Assembly: GCA_963709135.1 (NCBI GenBank)
Contig: CAVPVI010000019.1
Span: 300,534 to 364,533, forward strand
DNA: 64,000 nucleotides
Source of the DNA: an uncultured Solirubrobacterales bacterium
GTDB lineage: Bacteria; Actinomycetota; Thermoleophilia; Solirubrobacterales; Solirubrobacteraceae
Reading direction: 5' to 3'
The notes under the pieces are model-generated. The model was given only the letters and a program-made list of their open reading frames with translations, was not told the DNA's origin and made no database searches. Both the position numbers and the translations under genes were made by a program. Within the stretch, counting starts at the first letter, position 1; each line of letters begins with the position of its first letter. Below, in pieces: positions 30,291-41,480 of this stretch.

Positions 30291-30962
30291 GTGCCGCCCC
30301 GGTCCACCGACCCTCATGTGCCCGAAAGGATCGTCGCCACGGCCGCTCAGCTGTTGGCCACCGAGGGCTCGGTGTCGGCGCGGCGCTTGGCCAGCGAGAT
30401 GGGCACGTCGACGATGGTTGTCTACACCCATTTCGGCGGGATGGACGAGCTGACCCGACAAGTGATGCGCCGCGGGTTCGTTGCTTTCGGAGGCGAGCTG
30501 GACCGCGGCGCGGTCACCGACGATGCCGTCGCCGATTGGATGACCTACCTCTGGAACTATCGCCGCTTCGCGCTGCGCGAACCCCACCTGTACGCCGTGA
30601 TGTTCAGTCCTCGACTGGCCAACTTCAGGACCGGTGATCCCGCCGACCTCGATGCGGCGAGATCCACCTTCGTCTCGCTCCTCCGACGCATCCACGCCTG
30701 CGTCAACACCGGCCGATGGGAGGTCGACGACGTCACCACCGCCGGCGAAGCCGTCTGGTCCGGCGTTCACGGCCACACCACGCTAGAGCTTACCGGCTTC
30801 TTCGACGCGATCGGGCGCAACCCAGTGCGCTCCTACAGCGAGATCCTCACCAGGATGTCGATCGGCCTCGGCGACCACACGCAAGCCACCGCTCGCTCGC
30901 TATCGACCGCCAGAAGGCGGGCCAACCGCGCAGACCGAGCCGAAGCCTCGTCCGCACGATGA
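30291..30962 (+). CDS. TetR/AcrR regulator with WHG-type C-terminal domain
   Basis: HTH SARRLASEMGTSTMVVYTHFGG; W..VHG. Confidence 0.92.
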   Translation: MPPRSTDPHVPERIVATAAQLLATEGSVSARRLASEMGTSTMVVYTHFGGMDELTRQVMRRGFVAFGGELDRGAVTDDAVADWMTYLWNYRRFALREPHLYAVMFSPRLANFRTGDPADLDAARSTFVSLLRRIHACVNTGRWEVDDVTTAGEAVWSGVHGHTTLELTGFFDAIGRNPVRSYSEILTRMSIGLGDHTQATARSLSTARRRANRADRAEASSAR

Positions 30963-31150
30963 AGGTTGCCGACCCAGGGTCGCGTCCCCCACGAGCGCTA
31001 CCGCGCGTCGGTACCACCAACGAAGAAGAGGCCCGGGCGAACTGCGTCACGGTGTCTTCCGACAGCAGGCCGCCGAGCCACGGGACTCCTTCTGAACAGC
31101 CGACGGTCGCCAGCCGGCACGAGCGCATCGGTGACGCGTGGCGGTGGTGG

Positions 31151-31459
31151 TCAGCAGCCGGTCGCGTCGCGCAGCGTCCGGCATGCCTGTGCCATGCGAC
31201 GCTCCGAAAGACGTGTGACCTGTCTGCGGAAAGTGGATCGGGGGAGCGTGTGGAGATTGTCGAAGTTCACGACGCAGTCGCTCGGAACGCCGTCATCCTT
31301 TGCGGTCAGGATCAACTCGCTCACGAGCCCACGCGTGGTCCTGGTGAGCCCTGCGACCACGACAGACCCGATCCTGTCGGCGACAGGATCGCGAGTCAGC
31401 ACCAGCACTGGACGGTCGCCGCCCGGCGTGGCGGCGAACCAGATGTCACCTCGCCGCAT
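31151..31459 (-). CDS. mazF: PemK/MazF toxin
   Basis: MRRGDIWFA...RPVLVLTRD...T.T.RG...NFDNLHTL. Confidence 0.92.
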   Translation of the reverse strand: MRRGDIWFAATPGGDRPVLVLTRDPVADRIGSVVVAGLTRTTRGLVSELILTAKDDGVPSDCVVNFDNLHTLPRSTFRRQVTRLSERRMAQACRTLRDATGC

Positions 31460-31697
31460 CGTCCCAGTCCGACCAGTCCTCGGCGGGGCCCCAATCAGCA
31501 ATCGCCTCGAACGACTGCTCAGCCGCAGTCGCGGGCTGTTGCTGCCATCGGTCCGCGTCGGCTTCGCTGCGCAGGACAACGAGGTGACGATGCACGGCGT
31601 CGCGCAGGATCTCGGAACGGTCGACGCCGAGCGCCTCGGCCCAGTGTTGAACGGCCGCGGCGTCGTCGTCCGAGACCCGGAAACTCAACATCGTCAT
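31446..31697 (-). CDS. RHH antitoxin
   Basis: MLSFRV...GVDRSEILRDA, acidic Trp-rich tail, overlaps the toxin; palindrome gtcatacg..cgtatgac over the start. Confidence 0.85.
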   Translation of the reverse strand: MTMLSFRVSDDDAAAVQHWAEALGVDRSEILRDAVHRHLVVLRSEADADRWQQQPATAAEQSFEAIADWGPAEDWSDWDDAAR

Positions 31698-31894
31698 ACG
31701 GTTCAGAATATCGCGTATGACGTTGTCCGTCTCGCGACTCCTTCCGCCCACGCGCCCCAATGAACCGGACGCGCGCTCCGGCGACGACAGGCTCGTGCGG
31801 ACGGACGAGCGGTTCGCGCTGTAGGCGATCGCCCGGTGAACCGCTGGGTGCGAGGAGGATCCGGCTTGTACACCATCGTCCAGAGGAGGACGTC

Positions 31895-32549
31895 ATGGAG
31901 TCTGTGCCGTTGCTGGATTGCGCCGGGCGGCGCCGCTCGCCGGTGACCCTGTCGAGTTTCCACCAGGGTCGCGTGCCCCGCAATAAGGGTCGTCGCTACC
32001 CGCCGGATCCGCCGAGCGTGGAGGAGATCATCGCGGTGATGCGCGCGTGCGGTAGCCGATCGGAGGGCTTGCGGCTGCGCGCGATCATCGTCGTGCTGTG
32101 GCGCGCAGGGTTGCGGATCAGCGAAGCGCTCGCGCTGAGCGAGGGCGATCTGGACGGCCGCGGGGGTGCCGTGCTGGTCAGGTGTGGGAAGGGCGGCAAG
32201 CGCCGTGAGGTCGGGGTGGACCGCTGGGCGTGGGAGCAGCTCGACGTGTGGCTTGAGCTGCGCGCCGGCCCGCCCGCCGGGGCGCTGTTCTGCCCGCCGG
32301 AGCGCTGTTCTGCGTGGTGCGCGGCCCGACCCGTGGTCGCGCGTGCGCGCCGGCCGGGATCCGCGGCGAGCTGCATCACGCCGCGGTGGCGGCTGGGGTC
32401 CGTCGGCGGTTCGCGCCCCACCAACTCCGACACGCGCACGCGGTGGAGATGTCCCGCGAAGGGATCCCGCTGCTGGTGATCCAGCGCCAGCTGGGGCACG
32501 CCGACTTGGCCGTCACGAGCACCTATCTGTGCGGGATCGACAACACCGA
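31895..32549 (+). pseudogene. Short tyrosine recombinase copy 1 (frameshifted and IS-interrupted)
   Basis: RBS gaggagg; RAGLRISE, GKGG, HQLRH, LGH, TYL; 20-bp tandem duplication at 32273-32312 shifts the frame. Confidence 0.88.
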
Positions 32550-34399
32550 CCTACTTCAGTGAGTAGCGGCTCGGCTGTTCGCTCTGGTTAGCAGTTAATC
32601 GGCGCGGCGGGTGACTGTGATGTCTGTGAGCGGTGTTGCAGCCTCCAGCACCAGCCGTATCGCCGGATTGCGTGTCGAGGGGTGTTGTTGGGGCCCGATT
32701 CGCTGGTCGGCGAAGTAGCCCGGTGAGGCAGGCAGTGACGCGTGTTAACGTGATGGCGGGCGGGGCGCTGTCGGGTCAGGGCGGCGGGAGCGCGTAGACC
32801 GCGTCGAGTGTTGCTTGGAAGATGTCGGCGTGCTGGTAGCCGTCGGGGAGCCGCAGGATCAGCTGCCGGCCGGTGCGGATGACCCGCGCGGGGACGTTGA
32901 ACAGCAACCGGCGCAGAGTGCCCGCGTGACGGCGTAGCGGCGTGCGCGGGGGTGCCGCGCCCGAGGCGCTGGCGGCGGGTGAGATGTCACAGCAGTAAGC
33001 GGTGAGGTTGATCGCGAGCATCGCGCCGGTCAGCCAGACACGGTTAGCGTTGATGTCCCCGGAGGGCAGGTGACGTAGCGCCTCGCCGAGCTTGATGTCC
33101 TTCAGACGCTCTTCGATCTGCGCGCGGTGGCGATGGAAGTGCTCAATCCACGCGGTGGGCTGGTGGTAGATGTCGGTCAGGATGAAGCTGTAGCCGTAGA
33201 GGCTGTCGATCTCGCCGTCGATCGCCATCTGGAGCTGCTTGGGATGGATCGTCGCTAGCCGCCGGGAGCCTTTCAGGCGGGTGATCTGCTCGGCCGTGAA
33301 CGGGACACGGCGGACGATCAATCTGAGCGGCTCGTGCTTCCAGCCGCCGGGGCGATAGGTGGTCTCGGCGACCTGCGCGCCGTCCATGCCGAGCGCGGGC
33401 GCCCAGACGCTCTCGGGGATCTGCGCCAGCGCGTTCCACATCGCCTGGCTGCGCGGAACCGACACCGTGAAGCGCGTCTTCTCCTGGCGTAGGCGCTCCA
33501 GCAGCTCGATCGCGTAGTAGGCGGAGTCGATCCGCATCGTCACCGGCCCGTGCCCGGAGGGCAGCAGCGCGAGCGCCCTTGAAGCGATCCGCGCGTACTC
33601 GCCGCCGGTCAGCCGCTCGCGGTTACCACCGACCAGCTCCGCGCACAGCGCCCGGCCGCGCTGTGCCCAGAACGCGAGATGCGGCGCGTAGCTCATCTGC
33701 CCGGTCCGGCACCGCGCCGCGCCCTGCTTCTCGCGCCCGTACACCGTGATCTGCGTCGCGTCGAGATCGACCGTCACCGGCTCACCCAGATCGCGACCCA
33801 ACGCACGGTCAAGCGCCTGACCCGCTGTGCTCATCGCTTTCTCGATCCGCTGGCAGTGCACCCGACGGAAGCGCTTGGCCTGCTGCAACGCCGTCGCTGG
33901 CGAGGGCACCTCGCTCACCGCCCGCAACATCGCGCCCGCCTGATCAGCGCGCTGGTCGCGAAGATGGTCAAAGAACGCGCCACCGACCAGCTGACACTCC
34001 GCCAGGCTCATAACAAGCTCTCCCGGCGTAACACCCCGCTGGCGGACCTTGATCGCCCGCGCGCGACGCTCACGCGCGAGCTCAGCGTCGATCGTGGCGA
34101 TCAGCCCCAGACGGCGTTCCAGATCGCCGATCACCGCCAACCCGCCATGCCCGGTCAGTGACGGATCGTCCGCCCGCACCACGATCCGTCCGCGCCGACT
34201 GCCATCGTTAGCCACACGCACCCCCTGGGTGACGCCCGATCCGCGTCATCGGTTTGTTTCTCACACCACAACTTTGACAGGCGTATCGGACGGAAAGGCC
34301 CCGCATTTGCGGGGCCTTTTCACGCTACAGCGCCACCACTCCGGTAGATCGCGTCGGTCGACCACACCCCCAACCGGCACGGTTAATCACCGATATAGG
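32550..34399 (-). mobile_element. IS1380-family insertion sequence (1850 bp)
   Basis: Imperfect IRs cctacttcagtgagtagc and rc cctatatcggtgattaac; 5-bp target duplication ACCGA (32545-32549, 34400-34404). Confidence 0.88.
32776..34221 (-). CDS. IS1380-family DDE transposase
   Basis: LTGHGGL, VDLDAT, RIDSAYY, HRHRAQIEE..KD.K, LPSG...AN..W, LF.VPARV. Confidence 0.92.
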   Translation of the reverse strand: MRVANDGSRRGRIVVRADDPSLTGHGGLAVIGDLERRLGLIATIDAELARERRARAIKVRQRGVTPGELVMSLAECQLVGGAFFDHLRDQRADQAGAMLRAVSEVPSPATALQQAKRFRRVHCQRIEKAMSTAGQALDRALGRDLGEPVTVDLDATQITVYGREKQGAARCRTGQMSYAPHLAFWAQRGRALCAELVGGNRERLTGGEYARIASRALALLPSGHGPVTMRIDSAYYAIELLERLRQEKTRFTVSVPRSQAMWNALAQIPESVWAPALGMDGAQVAETTYRPGGWKHEPLRLIVRRVPFTAEQITRLKGSRRLATIHPKQLQMAIDGEIDSLYGYSFILTDIYHQPTAWIEHFHRHRAQIEERLKDIKLGEALRHLPSGDINANRVWLTGAMLAINLTAYCCDISPAASASGAAPPRTPLRRHAGTLRRLLFNVPARVIRTGRQLILRLPDGYQHADIFQATLDAVYALPPP

Positions 34400-34477
34400 A
34401 CCGAGATCATCTACGCCGTCTACGAGCGTCCGGTACCGATGATCCCAGTGAGCCCCGGATCAGGGTCTATCCGCTGA
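34400..34477 (+). pseudogene. Displaced C-terminus of tyrosine recombinase copy 1
   Basis: TEIIYAVYERPVPMIP aligns with EEIISTVHARRAPMM of copy 2. Confidence 0.8.
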
Positions 34478-34502
34478 GGACTTGACACGAGCGAGTAGAC
34501 CC

Positions 34503-34530
34503 GACGAGCCCGCCTCGCGGCGGGCTCGTC
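34503..34530 (+). terminator. 12-bp hairpin after recombinase copy 1
   Basis: gacgagcccgcc-tcgc-ggcgggctcgtc. Confidence 0.55.
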
Positions 34531-34707
34531 CGTTCGTTCTGGCCGGCCACCGGAGCCGGTGAGCGATGCCCGCGTCTGACGCGAGCACTCGACAACGTCC
34601 AAGCCGCTCTGGACGACTACGCCAAACGCCAAGGACTCGCCGCCTAAAACCAAACATCAAAACCTGACAACTTGACCTGAATTTCACGGGCTCTTGGGCC
34701 AAGGACC

Positions 34708-34830
34708 CTAGCGCTCGCACGTGCCGGTCGGCGCCGCGGTGGACTTCCGCCGCGCCGCCGTCGCAGCTGCGCTCGCCCCCGAAACCAGGGCGCACGTGGG
34801 AGCCGGCAAATTGTCTGTTCTGCGTAGCAT
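34708..34830 (+). repeat. Repeat family R, copy 1 (partial)
   Basis: ctagcgctcg...ggacttccgccgcgccgccg...gcgctc...ccgaaacc.gggcg; inverted relative to 40625-40747. Confidence 0.8.
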
Positions 34831-35248
34831 AGGCACGCCTCCGTGGGGGACGCTCCGATTCCGCCGGTCCCGTGAGGCCATCGCATCTGCTTAGGACCGA
34901 CAACGTGATGCACGCTGAGCCTTCTCGCTCACAGCTGTCGGCGTCTTCCGCGCGACCGAGACTTTTGGAATGCGCCACGAGTGACGGGTCGGTTCCGGGC
35001 TCGAGGTCGTCGCTTGTGTCGGAGCGCTTGCTTTGAACTTGGCAAGCGCTGCCGGTCCCGACGATCCCGGAGTGCCAGCTGGCCGGCGGCCGGTCAGCTA
35101 ACGCCCGGCCAACGTGCGGTGGTTTCTTATGGTGCGGGGACATCTGTGAGAGCTGAGCCACTCCCGGATCCCCAACCGACGCGGCCTCCGAGGGCAGCCG
35201 CGGAACCCGCCGTAGGCCATCCGCTGAATCTCTGATCTGGCTCTCAGG

Positions 35249-38200
35249 TCATCGTGGGATCGCTCGGGTTGTGGTGAGGCTGGCGTGTTCGAGTGCTTCG
35301 GGTTTGCCGAGGTAGAAGCCTTGGGCGTAGTCGACCCCGTAGGTGCGGAGCAGCTGGATGGTTTCGTGGTTGCCGACGTATTCGGCGACGGTGCTTTTGC
35401 CGAGCGTTTTGGCGATGTTGGCGAGGGTTTGGACGACGAGGGGGTCGGTGGGGTTGTGGGTGATGTTCTGGATGAACTCGCCGTCGATCTTGAGGTAGTC
35501 GAAGGGGACGTGTTTGAGGTAGTAGAAGGAGGCGTAGCCGGCGCCGAAGTCATCGAGCGCGAGTTCGCAGCCGAGGTTGGCGGTCTGGGCGGCGAAGCGC
35601 GTGGCCTGCTTGAGGTTGGTGATCGCGGTGGTTTCGGTGATCTCGAGGCACAGGCCGCGGCCGTCGGCGTTGGCGGCTTTCAGTCCCGCGGCGATGAGGT
35701 CGGGGAGGTCGGGGTCGCTGATCGATTGCGCGGAGAGGTTCACATGCAGCCGGATGTCCGACCCGGTGTGCTGGGCGTGGGCGAGGGTCTGGATCGCCTG
35801 GCGCAACACCCACCGGTCGATCTGGGTGATGAGATGCATTCGCTCGGCGATGAACAGGAAGCTTCCGGGCGCGATCAGGGTCCCGTCGTCGGCTCGCATC
35901 CGGATCAGCAATTCGTGGCGTGGCAACGGGTCTGACTCGAGGCCGAAGATCGACTGGGCGTGTAGGACGAATCCGTCGTGTTCCAGCGCGTGGCGGATCC
36001 GTTCAGCCCAGCCCAGTCCTGACTCCATTCGCTCGTGGCGTTGACGCGCTTTGTCGTACGTCATCGCGCGATCGCGGCCGGCTTCTTTGGCGTCGTACAT
36101 CGCGATGTCGGCCATGACCAGAAGCTCATCTGCAGCGGGTTGACCCGAGGAGGCGAACGGCGCGACGCCGATGCTGGCCGTGATCCGCTGGGGTCCGGTC
36201 GGCGTGTCGATCACACAAGCAGTGCGGGTCGCCTCCAGAAGACCCGCTGCGATGCGTTGCGCCGCGTGAGCGTCGGCGCCGCGCAGCAGCGCAGCGAACT
36301 CATCGCCGCCGAGCCGGGCGAGTACGTCTGTGGTGCGGAGCTGGGCCTGGAGGACCTCGCCGGCGCGGGCGATCACCTCGTCGCCAACGTCGTGGCCGTG
36401 CGTGTCGTTGATCGACTTGAAATGGTCGAGATCGATCATCACCAGCGCACCGCCGGTCCGGCTCCGCTGTGCACGGTCGAGCTCGCGCTCGAGTTCTTCC
36501 TGGAACCGTCGGCGGTTGAATAGGCCCGTCAGCGAGTCGTGGTCGGCGAGATACGCCAGCTCGTTCTCATGGCGCTTGCGGTCGCTGATGTCCCTGGCGA
36601 TCTGCGCCATGACGGTGACCTGGCCGGTCTCGTCGAGAATCGGCGAGATCGTCAGCGCCACCGGCACGCGCACACCGTCCTTGCGGATTCGGATCGTTTC
36701 GTATTGGTCGACGCTCTCGCCCGCACCGACGCGTCGCAGGACCTCGGCGTCGTTGCCCGCGAGCTCGGCCGCGCTGAGCATGCTCGCTGGCTGCCCGATC
36801 GCTTCCTCGGCGGTGTACCCGTAGAGATCCTGCGCACCGCGGTTCCATTCCACGATCGTCTCGTCCCTACGGGTGGCAACGACCGCGTCGTGGGTGCTCT
36901 GCACGACCGCGGCGAGCCGCTCGTTGGCTCGCTCGATCTCACGCTGCGCGGTCACGTCGGAGTTCAGCTCGATGATCGCCGTCGGCACTCCGTGCTCATC
37001 GCGATGCAACGCTTGACGGCTGGCGATGACCAACTCAGTTCCGTCCTTGCGGCTGTGTCGTAGATCCCCCCGCCATAGTCCGTCCCGGGTCAGCGCCTGA
37101 TCGACCGGCTCCCGGGATTGGGGGAACACAGTCTGCAACAGGTCATGCGCGACCTGGCCGATCGCCTCAGCGGCGCTGTAGCCATAGACCACTTCCGCCT
37201 CCCGGTTCCAGTAGCTGATCCGGCTCTCGACGGGGTCGCGGACGATCACCGCGTCGTGGGCCAGATCCAGGAGCTCGGCGCGCAATCTCAGCTCCCGTTC
37301 GTTGCGCCTGGCCTCAGTCACGTCACGTCCGCTGATGATGATGTTCGAACCGAGCGGCAGCACACTTCCGCCATATGTGTGGTCGACCGGCAGCCCGGTG
37401 GACCATTCCCGTGGCCACTCGACGTCGGCCGGCTTGCCGGTCTGTGCGACCCGGCGGTGGAGCTTGAACACGTCGCTGCCGGTGTATCCGGGAAGTACCT
37501 CGCCGCAGCGGCGCGTGAGCAGCTGCTCGCGGTCGCGCCCCACCACCTCACAATGCGCGTCGTTGGCGTACTCCCAGCGGAAATCGACGATCTCACCCGC
37601 CTCATCCCGGACCGGTGAGAGGATCGCGAACCCGTCCAGCAGCGACCCGACGCCCGTCCGGAACAGCTCCTCACTCGCGCGCAACTGCTCCTCAAGGCGA
37701 TGACGCTCGGTCACGTCACGCGCTGTGACCACGACGTTCTCGCCGGCTGCGACGATCATCGTGTCCAGCGCCCGACTGGCCATGCGCCCCCCGGCCCATG
37801 CCTCGGGTTCGGCGACGTCAACGCTCAGGCACGGCTCGCCGGTCTCCACCACCAGGCGGTACACCGCGAAGCGCGCGCTGGTCGGGAACTCCGACAACCG
37901 CTCAACGAGGCAGTGACCGATGAGTTGGACGCGGTCGAACCCGACCAGCGCGCAATAGGCGTCGTTGACGTATTCCCAGCGAAAATCGACGATCCCGCCG
38001 CGCTCGTCGCGGACCGGTGAGAGGATCGCGAACGCATCGAGCATCGACCCGACCGCCGCGTCGAAGCGCTCCTCGCTCGCACGGAGCTGCGCCTCAGCGC
38101 GTCGCCGGTCGGTGACATCACGCGCCGAGACAACAAGCTGCTTGCCCGCCCGGACGACGACACTGTCGAGCGCCCGGCGCGCGAACTCGGTTCCCCACGC

Positions 38201-40099
38201 TCGCTCGGGATGGAAGTCCTCGGTCCGAAACGGCGTGCCCGTCAGCGCGACCTGCCGGTAGACCTCGAAGCGCACGCTCGGCACCCAATCGGAGAATACC
38301 TTCCCGAGGCGGCGCCCCAGTAACTGCTCGCGGTCGCGCGCCACCAACTCACAGTGAGCGTCGTTGGCGTAGTCGTAGCGAAAATCGACGATCTCGCCGC
38401 TCTCGTTATGGACCGGGGACACGATAGCGACCGCATCCTGCATCGCCCTGACCGCGACATGGAAGCGCTCCTCGCTCTCACTCAGCCTCGCCTCCACCGA
38501 CCGGCGCGCGGTGATATCGATGAACGTGGTGACGACCGCGTCCTCGCCAGCACCATCGCCGCCGGCCCGGAACGGCATCGAGTTCATCGAAATCCAGCTC
38601 AGTGACCCGTCCGGCTTGTGCACCCCCATGATCACGTTCTCCTGCGGAGTGCGAGTACGGAGCATGACCATCGCCGGATGCTCCTCGCCGGGAAACGGCG
38701 ATCCGTCCTCGTGAACCGCCTGCCAACGCGGATCCACCGCCGTGACGCCCATCATCTGATCCACGCTCAGCCCGAGGATCCGCTCGGCCGCCGGATTGCA
38801 ACTGACAATCGCCCCGCCCCCGTCCTGGATCAGGATCCCCTCCGACAACGCGCCGACCGCTCTGCGGTAGCGCTCCTCGCTCGCCGATAGCAAGTCTCGC
38901 AACCGGCGGCGCTCGCCGACGTCCCTGAACCCGATCGCAATCCCATCACCCAGACGGACGACCCGAAGATCGAACGTACGCACCGCACGTTGCCCATCGC
39001 CCCACGTCTCTTCGTACATGAGGCCGTCGACATCGACCGGCTCGCCCGTCTCGACGACGCGCACGTACCGCTCAAACAGCCCGTTCTCGCGATGCCCGGG
39101 CAGGATCTCCAAGATGCCGTGCCCGACCGTCTCCTCACGACTGCGGCGGCTCTCCCGGCAGGCAGCGTCGTTGACGAACTCATAGACAAAATCGACGATC
39201 CGCCCGCCATCGTCACGGACGGCATCCAGGATCGCGAACGCGTCGAGCCTGCCGCTCATCGCAGCGCTCAACTGCGCTTCCTTCTCGGCGAGCTCCCGCT
39301 CGATCCGCACGCGCTCAGTGATGTCCTTCACCTGCACGATCCGATATCTCTCCCGACCGGTCTCGTCAACGGCGATCGCCACGTCCACCTCGACCGGGAA
39401 CGCGGTCCCGTCCTTGCGAACATGCTCAGCCTGCAACGTCGCGCCGCCCAGAAGACGGGCGCGCTCGAGCTGCTCGGGAACCGGAACCCAGGACCGTTCG
39501 CTGAACATCTGCTCGGACGGCGCGCCGATCAGTTCCCCCTCCGAGTAGCCGTGCATCGCGGCGTAGGCCCGGTTCAGCCTCTGGATCCGTCCACCGCTGA
39601 CAAGCGCCACACCCCAGGCGGCGCGATCGAAGATCTCCGACCACTGCGGAGCCTCCTCCTCGGCCTGCTCCTTCCGAGAGATATCCCGCCAGCTGACCGT
39701 GATCCGACCCTCATCAAAGCCGAACGCCTGGACGCTGGCGCCGATCACCGCGCCGTCATCAGCCCGATAGCTCATCCACACCAGCTCAGAATCCGCTGCC
39801 GAGAGCGCCCGGGAGTACAACTCCAGGGTCTCCGACAACAGCTCCGGTGGCACCGTCTCACGGACCGTTCGACCCACGAGCCTTCCCGGCGGCCGAAGCT
39901 CAGCAGCCGCGTTCGCGTAAACGTAACGGAAGTCGACCACCACCCCGGCCGCGTCACGAATGACCTCCGCAAGCGCCAACGAATCCGGCAGAGCATCAAC
40001 GATACGGGCGACGTCCCGCCTTCCCAAACCCACCCCCGAATCACTCCCCGAGTTCATCACCGCCATCATAATCCCGTCCTGGCGAGGCCCATCAGTCAT
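35249..40099 (-). CDS. Giant multi-PAS GGDEF-EAL protein (1616 aa)
   Basis: About 9 PAS modules (DFRY/WEY.N.A repeats), RTTD I-site, GGDEF, ELLIRM, DDFGAG. Confidence 0.93.
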   Translation of the reverse strand: MTDGPRQDGIMMAVMNSGSDSGVGLGRRDVARIVDALPDSLALAEVIRDAAGVVVDFRYVYANAAAELRPPGRLVGRTVRETVPPELLSETLELYSRALSAADSELVWMSYRADDGAVIGASVQAFGFDEGRITVSWRDISRKEQAEEEAPQWSEIFDRAAWGVALVSGGRIQRLNRAYAAMHGYSEGELIGAPSEQMFSERSWVPVPEQLERARLLGGATLQAEHVRKDGTAFPVEVDVAIAVDETGRERYRIVQVKDITERVRIERELAEKEAQLSAAMSGRLDAFAILDAVRDDGGRIVDFVYEFVNDAACRESRRSREETVGHGILEILPGHRENGLFERYVRVVETGEPVDVDGLMYEETWGDGQRAVRTFDLRVVRLGDGIAIGFRDVGERRRLRDLLSASEERYRRAVGALSEGILIQDGGGAIVSCNPAAERILGLSVDQMMGVTAVDPRWQAVHEDGSPFPGEEHPAMVMLRTRTPQENVIMGVHKPDGSLSWISMNSMPFRAGGDGAGEDAVVTTFIDITARRSVEARLSESEERFHVAVRAMQDAVAIVSPVHNESGEIVDFRYDYANDAHCELVARDREQLLGRRLGKVFSDWVPSVRFEVYRQVALTGTPFRTEDFHPERAWGTEFARRALDSVVVRAGKQLVVSARDVTDRRRAEAQLRASEERFDAAVGSMLDAFAILSPVRDERGGIVDFRWEYVNDAYCALVGFDRVQLIGHCLVERLSEFPTSARFAVYRLVVETGEPCLSVDVAEPEAWAGGRMASRALDTMIVAAGENVVVTARDVTERHRLEEQLRASEELFRTGVGSLLDGFAILSPVRDEAGEIVDFRWEYANDAHCEVVGRDREQLLTRRCGEVLPGYTGSDVFKLHRRVAQTGKPADVEWPREWSTGLPVDHTYGGSVLPLGSNIIISGRDVTEARRNERELRLRAELLDLAHDAVIVRDPVESRISYWNREAEVVYGYSAAEAIGQVAHDLLQTVFPQSREPVDQALTRDGLWRGDLRHSRKDGTELVIASRQALHRDEHGVPTAIIELNSDVTAQREIERANERLAAVVQSTHDAVVATRRDETIVEWNRGAQDLYGYTAEEAIGQPASMLSAAELAGNDAEVLRRVGAGESVDQYETIRIRKDGVRVPVALTISPILDETGQVTVMAQIARDISDRKRHENELAYLADHDSLTGLFNRRRFQEELERELDRAQRSRTGGALVMIDLDHFKSINDTHGHDVGDEVIARAGEVLQAQLRTTDVLARLGGDEFAALLRGADAHAAQRIAAGLLEATRTACVIDTPTGPQRITASIGVAPFASSGQPAADELLVMADIAMYDAKEAGRDRAMTYDKARQRHERMESGLGWAERIRHALEHDGFVLHAQSIFGLESDPLPRHELLIRMRADDGTLIAPGSFLFIAERMHLITQIDRWVLRQAIQTLAHAQHTGSDIRLHVNLSAQSISDPDLPDLIAAGLKAANADGRGLCLEITETTAITNLKQATRFAAQTANLGCELALDDFGAGYASFYYLKHVPFDYLKIDGEFIQNITHNPTDPLVVQTLANIAKTLGKSTVAEYVGNHETIQLLRTYGVDYAQGFYLGKPEALEHASLTTTRAIPR

Positions 40100-40619
40100 A
40101 GATGCGCCCGCATCGATGCCGTCAGTGGCATCGACACCTATGCGAACGCATCCACATCATCGGCCTACCAAACACCCCAGGACGGTAGAAGACCAACCTC
40201 CGCTGCGCGTCTTCCCGCAGAGCGCTCGGAGCCGGGTGGGCGCGACTGTAGACCATCGACCGCCCCTCCATCAAATAGGTTCGGAGCGGGCCGGACGGAT
40301 TGCCGTATGGACCAAGCTAATGAAGCTAACAATCCGTGCCTAAAGGCCTCGGGTTCCCACGCAATCTTTACCCCCAGGTCAGCGCCGACGCCACAGGAAG
40401 ATCGCCACCGACAGACAGCGCCTGAGGACCGGCGAGCAACGAGTCGCGCCTCTCGCGGACAGCTCGGAGCTCCCCCGCTGATCGGGCCCCAATACGTACG
40501 CCGACCAATCGCTGAGGCTGGCGACTTTGTTCGCGCGCACAACAACAAGAGCCGAGGCGCGAGATCGAGAGTTGGCTCGCGGTTGTGCGTCGCGATCGCC
40601 TCTCCCCTCGCCACGCCTA

Positions 40620-40962
40620 GGCAACGCCTAGGCAAACGAGCATTTCTGCACGCCCGCGGCTCCGCCCCGGTTTCGGCGATGAGCGCGGCTGAGGCGGCGG
40701 CGCGGCGGAAGTCCATCTCGGCGCTGACCGGCCCATCCGAGCGCTAGCTGGTACGCGTTCGGCAGCAAGCAGATCCGCAAGAGCAGCGGTCTCGGCGCGG
40801 CCCTTCGGCACGGCCGCTTTGCCCATAGGTCATCCTTATCGGTGTTGGTGTCTCGACCGCACTCAAGCAGCAGTCGCCCAGACGCTTGCTGATCGCCCGG
40901 CGACGAGCAGTCGAGCAAGCGCTCACAGGGTACGTCCTCGTCGAGGGCGGGCTTGCGCTTGG
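40620..40962 (-). repeat. Repeat family R, copy 2, containing an IS110 left-end scar at about 40825-40860
   Basis: Reverse complement aligns along about 300 bp with 47445-47745. Confidence 0.85.
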
Positions 40963-41480
40963 CCAGGAGCAGAGCAGTGACGGCTCCGTTCTGCTTCGCG
41001 AGGATGCAGGAGGCGCGACCGTCTCGCAGGCCCGGCCATGCTGGGCGCCATCGGGGTCGCCGGGCTTCGGGCGGCGAACTCCTCGCAGCGGTAGAGACGT
41101 CCTGTGTCAACCTCCAAGCGCAAAATTCTTTCGAGGCGGGAGACGCGCCGGCCGGGAAGGGGGAGAGCAGCTACTGGAGACTGAGGCGCCAAGTCGGCGC
41201 CTTGGGGGAAATCTGTGCGGAGTAAGATCGGCGAACGTCAGCCTGTGGGTTGTGTAAACGCGCAGCCTCTGTCATCAGGGGACGATGTGCTGTCGCCTTG
41301 CAGCGCTGCGTGTTATATGGCGCTACCGGCTAGCGGAGCGCGTTCGGGCCGTCAAGGGACGCCGCTACGCGGCTCGCTTCGCTCGGCCCTGACGGGCCGC
41401 TCTTGACTGCCCGCCCCCGCTCCGCTCTTTCTGCGGTGAAGGTTGCGCTGCGCGCAGGCTGCCCTGATCAGAGCCAACAC

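Noticed and set aside
34575-34700. Possible transposase tail (ALDDYAKRQGLAA*) and IS end
   Set aside because: Too short to assign a family; no partner end found
38990-40747. 585-aa plus-strand ORF and similar long antisense ORFs (6478-7629, 21922-23337, 50443-51828, 62922-63932)
   Set aside because: Shadow frames opposite well-supported genes; no motifs
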